Assembly: GCA_035221665.1 (NCBI GenBank)
Contig: CM069145.1
Location: forward strand, 57,040,001 to 57,104,000
DNA: 64,000 nt
Origin: Okamejei kenojei
Taxonomy: Eukaryota
Direction of reading: 5' to 3'
Positions 52,505 to 64,000 of the stretch are shown in pieces. The notes beneath the pieces were generated by a model. It saw nothing but the letters and a program-made list of their open reading frames with translations, was not told the origin of the DNA and did no database searches. A program made the position numbers and the translations under genes. The stretch's first letter is position 1. Every line of letters starts with the position of its first letter.

Positions 52505-53840
52505 TTTCAACTTATCCTTTGACTCTTCCCATTTCCACCAAATCCACGGCGTAGCTATGGGCTCGCGCATGGGCCCCAGCTATGCCTGTCTGTTTGTAGG
52601 GTATGTCGAACAATCCTTGTTCGAGGTGTACCGTGGCCCTATCTCCAAACTCTACCTCCACTACATTGATGACTGCATTGGTGCCAAATCCTGTACCCAT
52701 GCGGAACTCACTGACTTCATCCATTTCACCACTAACTTCCATCTTGCATACAAATTCACCTGGACCTATTCCGACATCTCCCTACCGTTTCTAGTTCGCA
52801 CTATCTCCATCGCGGGTAACAGACTACAGACTAACATCTACTACAAACCAACTGACTCCCATTGCTATCTGGACTACACTTCTTCCCACCCTGCTTCCTG
52901 TAAGGACACTATTCCCTATTCCCAATTTCTCCATCTACACCGCATCTGCACCCAGGATGACGTGTTCCAACCCAGGGCATCGGAGATGTTCTCATTCTTT
53001 AGGGAACGGGGGTTCCCCTCTTCGACTATAGATGAGGCTCTCACCAGGATCTCCTCTATATCTCGCAGCTCCGCACTCACTCCCCATCCCTCCACTCATA
53101 ACAAGGACCGAGTCCCCCTTGTCCTCAACTTCCACCCTACCAACTGCCACTTACAACAAATAATCCTCCGACATTTTCGCCACCTCCAACTGGATCCCAC
53201 CACTGGCCACATCTTACCATCTCCTCCCCTTTCGGCTTCCCGCTCCCTCTGTAATTCCTTGCTTAATTCGTCCATTCCCACCCAAACCACCCCCTGAGCT
53301 GGTACTTTCCCTTGCAACCACAGGAAATGCTACATTTGTCGCGTTACCTCCTCACTCTACTCCATCCAACGACCCAAGCAGTCTTTCTGGGTGAGGCAGA
53401 GTTTCAATTGCACCTCCTCCAACTGCACCTCCTCCAGCTGCTCTAGGTGCCAACTGCTCTACATCGGTGAGACCAAGCGCAGGCTTGGCGATCGCTTCGC
53501 CCAACACCTCCACACAGTTTGCATTAATCAACCTGATCTCTCGGTGGTTCAGTACTTCAACTCTCCCTCCCATTCCGAATTCGATATTTCTGTCCTAGGC
53601 CTCCTCCATGGCCAGAGTGAGTCCCACCTCAAATTGGAGGAACAGCACCTCATATTTCACTTGGGTAGTTTACAACCCAGCGGTATGAATATTGACTTCT
53701 CCAATTTCAGTTTGTCCTTGCTTTCTCCCTCCTTCTCCTCCTCTTCTCAGCTCTCCCACAGCCCAATGTCTCCGCCTCTTCCTTTCTTCTTCCAGCCCCC
53801 CCCCCCCCCCCCCACCTCTACATCAGTCTGCAGAAGAGTC
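52505..53840 (+). mobile_element. 5'-truncated Penelope-like element
   Basis: ORFs 52476-53297 (GVAMGSRMGPSYACLF, YIDD) and 53391-53921 (YIGETKRRLGDRFAQH); its 3' repeat is split by a CR1 and resumes near 54600. Confidence 0.9.
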
Positions 53841-53844
53841 TCAC

Positions 53845-54594
53845 AGAAACATAGAAACATAGAAAATAGGTCCAGGGGTAGGCCATTCGGTCCTTCGAGC
53901 CTGCACCGCCATTCAATATGATCATGGCTGATCATCCAACTCAGTATCCCATACCTGCCTTCTCTTCATACCCCCTGATCCCTTTAGCCACAAGGGCCAC
54001 ATCTAACTCCCTCTTAAATATAGCCAATGAACTACCCTCAACTACCTTCTGAGGCAGAGAATTCCAGAGATCCACCTCTGTGGGAAAAATGATTTTCTCA
54101 TCTCGGTCCTAAAAGACTTCCCCCTTATCCTTAAACTGTGACCGCTTGTCCTGCACTTCCTCAACATCGGGAACAATCTTCCTGCATCTAGCCTGTCCAA
54201 CCCCTTAAGAATTTTGTAAGTTTCTATAAGATCCCCCCTCAATTTTCTTAATTCTAGCGAGTACAAGCCGAGAGTATCCAGTCTTTCTTCACATGAAAGT
54301 TCTGACATCCCAGGAATCAGTCTGGTGAACCTTCTCTGTACTCCCTCTGCGGCAAGAATGTCTTTCCTCTGATTTGGAGACCAAAACTGTACGCAATACT
54401 CCAGGTGTGGCCTCACCAGACCCTGTAGAACCTCCCGGCTCCTATACTCATATCCTTTTGCTATGAATGCTAGCATACTATTCGCTTTCTTCACTGCATG
54501 CTGCACCTGCAAGCCTACTTTCAATGACTGGTGTACCATGACACCCAGGTCTCGTTGCATCTCCCCTTTTCCTAATTGGCCACCATTCAAGTAA
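53845..54594 (-). mobile_element. CR1 3' portion inserted in the Penelope terminal repeat
   Basis: ORF 54042-54590 is CR1 ORF2 C-terminus; (acatagaa)n tail on + strand. Confidence 0.92.
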
Positions 54595-56302
54595 TACCCT
54601 AAACGTCAGTCTCGACCCTAAACGTCACCTATTCCTTCGCTCCATAGATGTTGCCTCACCCGCTGGGTTTCTCCAGCATTTTTGTCTACCTTCGATTTTT
54701 CCAGCATCTGCAGTTATTTCTTAAACAGTTCAATACATCATTACCTACCAAATAATGCTATAATTTGCCGGTACAAGCTCATGATCATGCGACCAGTGTT
54801 TAGATGTCATGGAAGAGGAACCTAATTCATTGGGGAAAGGGGATAATGGACGCAAATTGTTCAAGGTTTCTACTTTCCAGTAGAACACTGGAGATCTGTA
54901 AATGTTTTGAGGCTCATGTTAGGCCGCAGGTGGCACTTTACACCTGCCTTAAAGCCGCATTGTTATATAACAATACAGAAGATACTGGGGCGAAATTACA
55001 TTGCGTTGAAGGTTCTTGGATAAATCATCAGCAAAGGTCTTTGAGGAGATCGGGTTCGGTTTAACATATCCGGTGGTTCCCAGTGGAAGGCAAGACAGTG
55101 GAATTTGCATTAAAACAAGACTGTGGGGGAAAAGCCTGATAATTGCATCACTGTGTGATTAAGACAAGGCCGAGGGATCTGGACATTGTGGATAATCTTT
55201 GATTGTTAACGAGTCATTTGTGACTTGATATAGTAGGAGAGGGTAACGTTGTTAATTTATTATGGTTTACTTAAATTCTATTGCATGTTGAATTAGTGAG
55301 TTGGGCTGTGTGTCATCTTGTCATCTTTTATGGCCATTTCACCTCATTTTTGGACTGGGTATGTTCCAGACATGCCCTTACTCTTCAATTACTCGGTGAT
55401 GTTTCGCAGTTAAAGATAATTAAGTTACAGGTGTGGTGCAAAAGTATTGTGTCAACCAACGTGGCATTATGTTTGTTCGTTTCCAGATATCAGCTGGAAC
55501 ATTGGGTGGAGCAATGGTGGGTGCAATTTAGCGCAGGCAAGTGTGAGGTGATATACTTCGGGAGGTCAGATTTTGGTCGGATATACCTGGGAGAAGTATA
55601 AAAGACAGTCAGAGATATAGATAGACGGTCAAAATCCTGTCCCCATGCCACAGGAAATAGTCATAGAGTCACACGGCACAAAGATGGCCGATCGGGCAAA
55701 CTTGCCCAGGCCGACCAAGGTGGCCCATCTACACGGGTCCCAGCTGCCTGCGTTTGGCCCATATCCCCCTAAACCATTCCTATCCACGTACCTTTCAATT
55801 GCATTTTCAGTGTTGTTATAGGCCCTGCCTCTAACTCATCTAGCAGCCCATTCCATATACCCATCACCCTCTGTGTGGAAAGATTGCCTCGAGGTATGCC
55901 CCTCTCACATTAAACCCGTTGTCCCTTGTTTCTTCATTCCTCAACCCGGGTAAAAGACTTTGTGCATTCACAATAACCTCTACCTATAGGCCAGGCCCTC
56001 AAGTCCTAACAACATCTTCGTAAATATTCCCTGCACCATTTCCACCTTAACAATATCCTTCTTATAGCGGGGTGGCCAAAACTGAATGCAATACTCCAAA
56101 TATGGCCTCACCAACGACATGTATAACTGTAACATAAAAGGACAGTAGATGGTATTGTAAGAAAACATTCCCACGTTTAAGAGTCAATAAGTCAGAGTTG
56201 TTAAAAGGCAAGACATAGAAGGCAGAGTGCTAATGCAGACAAATGAGTTTAGAGTAGATGGACAAAAACATGGACATGGGGATGCTCTAGCGAAGGCCTG
56301 TT

Positions 56303-58365
56303 TAATAATAATAATAATAAACTTTATTTCGGGCTCAAGGTCTAGACAAGGGACAACATTACATAAAAATGCATCGCATATTAAAAAATATCATGAACTA
56401 CATATAAAATCTTAGTATTTCACATAAAGCATCATAAATTACATATTAAAAAAACACACTACATGAATAAAAAATCCAGAATAAATGAAAGATCAATGCC
56501 CTACAACAAGACAACGATACCAGTGTCTCCACAACTGGGATTCGTAGTGTGTAATGCTAAACCTTATGTTTGACAAGGCCACAATAATTATATTTTTGGA
56601 GTAATTTATTCTGCAAATGAATTTATACATATCATCTCTTAGGATAGCTTCTAAAGTACTGACCCCTGCAGCCACAAACATGTTACTAGCACCACACCAT
56701 CTAGGTTTCCTTGGCAGTGTTCTCATGGCATCATTAGATGACACCTTTAGTCTCTGCAAACTTGTTTTCCATAGTTCAACCACAGGTGCGCAGTATAGAT
56801 TGGTGTGCAATATGCTCTAAACAGCGACATCTTCACCACATCTGCACACGCACCAAACGTACGTAACAGAATATTCGCCTGTACATACAGCATGCGTCGT
56901 TGCCTATAAATATCCTCATCGTCTGTCTTTTGTTCTGTAATAAAATGCCCTAGATATTTTACCTTATTACAGACACTAACATTATTGTCAGACAATTTAA
57001 AATCAGGAAATTTTAGATATTTATCCTCTTTGGTTCTACAGATCATAACAGCACTCTTACAAGCATTATGTTTAACGTCATGTTCCACACCATACACAGA
57101 ACATATAGGAAGGAGCTGCTGAAGACCAGCGCTAGATGGACTGAAGACCACAAGATCATCTGCATATATAATATGGTTCACTAAAATATTACCAATCACA
57201 CACCCAGTATTACATGCTTTCAATTGTTTGGACAGATTATCAATGTAAATATTAAAAAAGGACTATGGACAAAAATCCCCCTTGTCTAACACCATTGCTA
57301 ACCCCCGAATGGGGCTATGACCCTGTTGCCCCATTTTATTTGCTTAGTCTGGTGGGCATACCAGCAGGCTAGAATTTTCACAATGTATTTAGGTACACCT
57401 CTTTGATTTTAACAAACAGCTTTCTGTGATTAACATGATCAAAGACTTTGGAAGTATCAATAAAGCACGTAAGGATTGAAGAGTATTCGTCTCTATATTT
57501 GTTTACAATCTCCTTTAGGGCATATATGCATAACTCAGTGGCATGTTTAGCTTTAAAACCAAACTGGTTATCTGTGGAGTTAACAAACTCATTTATTTTA
57601 TCCAGCAAAACTCGTTCTAAAACATTTGACAATATGATGGCTGGAACCATGGGTCTGCAATTATTTAGGGTGCCAATAAAACAAATAGCAAGGAGAGGAG
57701 CTATCCTCATACTCGCATACTTAAAATGTTCAGCAGAAATATGATCCAAGCCATTTGCTTTGTTGTTGGACAGTTGTTCACGGCATGATTCACCTCATGT
57801 GACATAATCATCATAGAGGCATTACTCTCAATATTGTCTAACCTATACAAGTCACCTTGGACACAGTTGAATAAAGTACTGTAATGTTGTCGCCATAACT
57901 CCGCGATATTAGCTGTTCCGGAGATTCCATCTACAGTGAATGGTAGAGATATTTTGCAACTGTTAAGAGCTCTCACTTATTTCCAAAAATCAGTAGCATT
58001 GTTACTTAGCAGCTTCTTAGCCAAGGACTCAGCCCTCATAGCTTGCTCATTTTTACAGATGAAGCGAACACTAATGCAAAGCATACTTATACCTTGCATT
58101 AGTGAGCTTCTTGTACTCAAATGCAGGCCCCTAGCTGGGTCTACCTGCCATAGCCCATGATTTAGTGGCTTCACGAGCTTCAGCGTGATACTCAGCTACA
58201 TACTGATTCCAGCCAGGCCTGATGTTATGTGTCTTATATTTATGCTTGCAGTAGGGCTTACTGCCTAAATATAGAGCGCTTACTATATCATTATACATGG
58301 AGCAGATATCTCTTTATATCCTTACAATTAACATTACTGCATCTTTAGGTAGATGAATGTTGCTT
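56303..58365 (-). mobile_element. Decayed non-CR1 LINE, RTEX-like
   Basis: ISAEHFKY, DNQFGFK, FIDTSKVFDHVNH, IYADDLVVFSPSSAGLQQLL, KYLG; (TTA)n tail at 56303-56320. Clade assignment is from recalled motifs. Confidence 0.75.
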
Positions 58366-59362
58366 AAGGATTGATCTGGATGGGCATAATAGTTTTGTTT
58401 GCGTGCTGCACGACACTCTTCTGTGCTGTACCCGGATGAATTGGAGCTCGAGGGTTTCGTTTTTTTAAAATCAATAATCTCGCTAAGGAGACTAAGGCGG
58501 CATTGGGTAGAGGTGATGATGGAGCAGGGTTTTTGGTAACGAGCTGGTCAGTGGGTTCGTACCTGCTTACGAATGGGCGCGGCATATGGAATTCAGCTGC
58601 AATGGGGCTTTGCAGGGAACAATATCAGAAATAATATGTGTATGGTAATGCGAAATGGGGTGTCAAATGGACAGGCGTTATCAGGTTGGGAACGATACGT
58701 AGTATGAAAAAACAGGTCTGTAACAGAAAGTCAGCACACACTCTTAATGGACTATGAATACAGTCGATTGTTTCGCTATCTTTTCGCTAACAGGCGATTT
58801 TTATCACAGGATGCGCATGTGTTCTCTGCATGCCGCTGTAAAACCACGTTCTCGTTCAGTTTCCTATTTCCCTCAGCAGCGAGGAAACACGGGACGCATT
58901 ATCCAGGCATGCAACGGTCAGTTTGCCTTCAGCGGGGTTGGCGGTTTAACCAACAACCCTCTGCGCGAAGGAGGAAACAATCAACAATTAGTTGGATCCC
59001 CTTGACATTTAACGGTCGAAATATTGCTTATCGAACTAAAAGTATGTCAGAACCGGTTTCATACACTTGAGCTGAAAAATGTGGTTCATGGTGACTTAAT
59101 CCATTGCAAACTAAAGTCCCAGTTTCAAATCTCAGAGGAAAATGTTGTCAAGACGTACAAGGGGAGTGTAATTGTTTAGTTGTTATCAAGAAATACAAGA
59201 GGATCCTAATCAGCTGAGCAAGTGGGCGGAGAAATGCTAATGATGTTTAATTCATATAACTGTGAGGTGTTGCACTTTGGCAATTAAAATTAAGGCTAAA
59301 GGGTAACTTTATAAATACCCATCTACGTGCGCGCACCTGAATTACCTCCCCCGGTAATTCTA

Positions 59363-59651
59363 CTGAACATTGCATGAAGAGCTACGTCCTGGATTGCACT
59401 GTCAAATTACGTTATCTCTGCAATGTTTTTATTTTGTTTATCAGTGGACGTCAGTAAACTGAATGCTAACAAAAGCGATTTAAGAGAACGGTGGAGGGTC
59501 TAGAGGGCATGAACTATAAAGAGGTCTCTTTATAGTTCATGCCCTCCAGACCCTCCACCGTGACGTTCACTGATAAACAAAATAAAAACACTGCAAAGAT
59601 AACGTAATTTGAAAGTGCAATCCAGGACGTGGCTCTTCATGCAATGTTCAG
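59363..59651. repeat. ~290-bp foldback inverted repeat
   Basis: Arms centred on aaagag-gt-ctcttt (~59524); the left arm carries a ~35-nt segment missing from the right arm. Confidence 0.95.
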
Positions 59652-60088
59652 ACTGGATAGACTCGGCTTGTACTCGCTGGAATTTAGAAGATTGAGGGGG
59701 GGTCTTATAGAGACTTACAAAATTCTTAAGGGGTTGGACAAGCTAGATGCAGGAAGATTGTTCCCGATGTTGGGGAACTCCAGAACAAGGGGTCATAGTT
59801 CAAGGATAAGGGGGTAGTCTTTTAGGACCAAAATGAGAAGATCTTTTTTCACACAGAGAGTGGTGAATCTGTGGAATTCTTTGCCACAGAAGGTAGTTGA
59901 GGCCAGTCCATTGGCTATATTTAAGAGGGAGTTAGATGTGGCCCTTGTGGCTAAAGGGATCAGGGGGTATGGAGAAAAGGCAGGTACGGGATACTGAGTT
60001 GGATGATCAGCCATGATCATATTCAATGGCGGTGCAGGCTCGAAGGGCCGAATGGCCTACTTCTGCACATATTTCTATGATTCTATGA
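59651..60088 (+). mobile_element. 5'-truncated CR1 3' fragment
   Basis: RLDRLGLYSLEFRRLRG coding remnant through 3' UTR and tctatgattctatga tail. Confidence 0.92.
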
Positions 60089-61757
60089 TAGGTTGCGCCT
60101 TTTCTCTGGAGATGTAGGACGTTGAAGAGCGACCTTACCGAGGTAAAATTAAAGGCCGTGTTCATGCACGATGTGATTCTGCGAGACAAAGTGATTCAAA
60201 TGTTTTATTGTTTTTCACGAACTTTTCAAGAATCTGGGTTTGAGCATAGTTGTAACACAAAGTAATACAGTGAAAGTATACTGAATCAGTTGGTTCAAGA
60301 ACTATTTTTAAATGTCAAACATTTTCTGTTTTAATTTTCTTTATTTACTGATCTGTCGAGCTATAACTGTGTTTTCTGGAAACAGGTGCAGTTGCCCCAA
60401 CAACAGTTGTCGGGAAAATGCTCGAATCGAGTCCGAAGGAAGTGAATCAGCGTTCTGAGAAAATGGGAGGAATCTGGGAGGAAATTAACATTTTATTAAA
60501 TCAAATTGTTATTTAATACATTTCTTAGAATAATTCGTCAACGCAACTCATTGGCTAAAAGTGAACATGCAGAAAATTGCCCCCCACCACAATATCTTAA
60601 GGGTCCCGACCTGAAAAATCTCCTATCTGTGTTCTCCAGAGATGCTGTCTGACCCGCTGTGTTGCTCAGCATCTGCAGTTCATTGTGTTAAGGTAAATCT
60701 ACCACAACTGCACTGCTCTCAACAAATCATTTAGGTTTCTCTTTGTAAATTGGTCAGAGAATACTGCCCTCTCGTGACTCAGTCATATTGTTGCATCTCT
60801 GCCTTTCGAAGTGCAGTTTATTCCTGATCCTCTGAAATTCTCCACCAACTTCCCAACCACTGGTGGTGGACTTAAAGTTCTGTAATTACTTGACTTTTCT
60901 CTACGACATTGCATGAATAATCTAATATGTAATGTCTACCTGGCACAATGCTACTACCAAGCTATATACCTGCCTCTTGTACTTTGTCATGTCACTGTCC
61001 ACAATCCACCCCACCACAATGGTGTCAGTTGCAAACTTGAAAATGGTGTAAGCACATAATTTCGCCACACCGTCGTGAATGTATAGGAAATATAGACAGG
61101 AACTGAGATCCTTCTGAGGCTAGCTTAAGATGGGTATTTTGGTCTGTTTGGGGCAAGATGTTTAGAGAAACCTATTATATATGTTGTACATACTGTATAT
61201 GGAATAAGTTGCCTGAGGTAATGGTTCAGGTATGTACAATAATAGCATTTTGAAGACATTTGGACTGGTACATGAATAGGAAAGCTTTTGATGAATCTGG
61301 GTCAAATACGGGCAAATGGAAGTTGTGTACATGGGGCATCGTTGTTACCAGGGACAAGTTAGGGTGAAGGGCTTGTTTCCATGTTGTATGACCCTATGAC
61401 TTGAGTGATTCCTGACATGTGTTGTGGCCCAATCGGCAATGGTGGGCAGAAAGGAGTTCAGATGAATGATATTCTGAAAAGGATAGGAAGGAACTGCAGA
61501 TACTGGCTTAAACCGAAAATAGACACAAAATGTTAGAGTAACTCAGCATCTCTGGAGAGAAGGCAGGCAGCATCTCTGGAGAGAAGGAATGGGTAATGTT
61601 TCAGATTGGAGGAAGTGTCTCAACCCGTAATGTCACCCAATCCTTCTCTCCAGAGATGCCGCCTGTCCCACTGAGTTACTCCAGCATTTTGAGTTATCTT
61701 TGCGATTCTGACAAACTTGACAGGGGATAGATAGGACCATTTCTTGACTAAAAGGAC

Positions 61758-63067
61758 TAAAAGGATTAGTCCAAGTCAACATAGATTTATGAAAGGGAAA
61801 TCATGCTGGACTAATCTTCTGGAATTTTTTGAGGATGTGACAAGTAAAATGGATGAAGCGGTGCCAGTGGATGTAGTGCATCTGGACTTTCAGAAAGCCT
61901 TTGATAAGGTCCCGCACAGGAGACTGGTGACTGAAATTAGAGCACATGGTATTGGGGGTAGGGTGTTGACATGGATAGAAAATTGGTTGGAAGACCGGAA
62001 GCAAAGAGTAGGAGTGAACGGGTCCTTTTCAGAATGGCAGGCAGTGGCGAGTGGAGTGCCGCAAGGCTCGGTGTTGGGGCCGCAACTGTTTACCATTTAT
62101 ATTAATCATTTGTAACAGGGAATTAGGAGCAGCACAAGCAAGTTTGCGGATGACGCAAAGCTGGGTGGCAGTGTGAACTGTGAAGAGAATGTTAGGAGGT
62201 TGCAGGGTGACCTGGACAGGTTGAGCGAGTGGGCAGATGCGTGGCAGATGCAGTGTAATATAGATAAATGTGAGGTTATCCACTTTGGCGGCAAAAACAA
62301 GGGGGCAGACTATTATCTCAATGGGGTTAGGTTAGGTAAGAGGGAGGTGCAGCGAGACCTGGGCGTCATTGTACATCGGTCACTGAAAGTTGGCTTACAG
62401 GTACAGCAGGCAGTGAAGAAAGCTAATGGAATGTTGGTCTACATAACAAGAGGATTTCAGTATAGGAGTAAAGAGGTTCTTCTGCAGTTGTATAGGGCTC
62501 TGGTGAGACCACATCTGGAGTATTGTGTAGTTTTGGTCTCCTAATTTGAGGAAGGACATCCTTCTGATTGAGGCAGTGTAGCGTAGGTTCACGAGATTGA
62601 TCCCTGGGATGGCGGGACTGTCATATGAGGAAAGATTGAAACGACTAGGCTTGCATTCACTGGAGTTTAGAAGGATGAGGGGCGATCTTATAGAAACATA
62701 TAAAATTATAAATGGACTTGACAAGATAGATGCAGGAAAAATGTTCCCAATGTTGGGTGAGTCCAGAGCCAGGGGCCACAGCTTAGAATAAATGGGAGGT
62801 CATTTAACACTGAGGTGAGAAAAAACTTTCTCACCCAGAGAGTTGTGAATTTATGGAAATCCCTGCCACAGAGGGCAGTGGAAGCATGTCACTGGATGGA
62901 TTTAAGATAGAGTTAGATAGAGCTTTAGGGGCTAGTAGAGTCAAGGGATATAGGGGGGAAGGCAGGCAGGCATTATTGATAGGGGACATCAGCCATGATC
63001 ACAATGAATGGCGGTGCTGGCTCGAAGGGCCGAATGGCCTCCTCCTGCACCTATTTTCTATGTTTCC
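61758..63067 (+). mobile_element. 5'-truncated CR1 LINE
   Basis: ORFs 61744-62791 with DFQKAFDKVPH, GVPQGSVLGP, VRPHLEYC; 3' UTR present. Confidence 0.95.
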
Positions 63068-64000
63068 ATATTTCCCCTGGTAGTTCAGTTTACAGCTGCA
63101 AACTTGGTTTCTGGGTTACTAAAGTCCGAGATGGGACTTTAATGAAACAATCGTAAGACATTAGATATACCTAGTCCAATGAGTTGAGAATGTGGTGTAA
63201 CTGATGCTGGCAGATTTTGGACAACAAGGAACCATAGAATGTCTGCAGAAAAGTAGAACTGAGCTCAAAGATCAGATCAGCTGCAACCTTATTTTGAATA
63301 GTTAAGCAGTCCTGAGGTGGGACATGGTGTATACTTGTTATTATCTTTTCATTTAATCCTTTCATGCAAAAGATCGCTTGTGGGTGATAAAGGGGGAGTG
63401 CTGCACCCACATGACACCAGGCCACAAGTCCACAGGGCATCGCGTTGCTGATCTGGGAACCCATGGTAATTTGGCCCAGGGTCAACAGACTGGCTGGCTG
63501 CTGCTACTAGACAAGTCTGCACATTGATGCTATCTGAAATTGATGTAGATAGAACACAATGTAGCGCACTGAGCATTCTGTGTAGTGCGAGTCACCATTT
63601 CAAAGTGAAACGTATTCAAGCTCAGGTGTTTGTTTTTTCCTCGGCCAATATACTAAGAGGTAAATTTCATTGCCCTGCACCACTTTTATATTCCTGCAAT
63701 TAATTCCCTCATGAAATTATATGGGCAATTTGTTTTATTTCAAATGCAAAACCTGTTCATGAGACCACAAAATATAGGAGCAGAACTAGGCCATTCAGCC
63801 CATCAAGTATGCCCACCATTCAATTGTGGCTGATCTATTTTTCCCTCTCTACTCCATTCTCCCGTCTTCTCCCCATAAAATTTGACCTCCTTACTAATTA
63901 AGAACCTATGTATTCTACTTTAAAAATACCCAATGACTTGGCCTCCACAGCCGTCTGTGGTAATACATTCCATAAATTTACCTCCCACTGGCTAAAGAAA

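Overview
Eukaryotic DNA from a cartilaginous fish; skate/ray is plausible from the repeat content but unproven. The window holds the 3' part of an apparently intact, germline (unrearranged) IgNAR heavy-chain-only antibody cluster on the + strand. It comprises the last D segment (160-170, 12/12 RSS), one J (552-592, 23-RSS), five constant exons C1-C5 (12886-23495), the secretory tail with its poly(A) signal, and TM1/TM2 exons (38057-38214, 39548-39556). V and any other D segments lie upstream of the window. The rest is mostly transposon-derived: many CR1 LINE fragments, tRNA-derived V-SINE/HE1-like SINEs, two Penelope-like GIY-YIG elements and an RTEX-like LINE. There is also a probable non-autonomous Helitron carrying a 1.5-kb polypyrimidine tract in the J-C1 intron. 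A structurally complete but decayed DIRS1 tyrosine-recombinase retrotransposon is nested SINE>DIRS>Penelope in the C5-TM intron. Downstream of the gene are a local segmental duplication and a ~290-bp foldback palindrome at a CR1 5' junction. I found no evidence for a wholly new biological system; the best leads are features of this IgNAR gene and its transposon architecture. Most supplied ORFs are transposon fragments or spurious. Repeat boundaries are approximate and family calls come from recalled motifs, not database searches.
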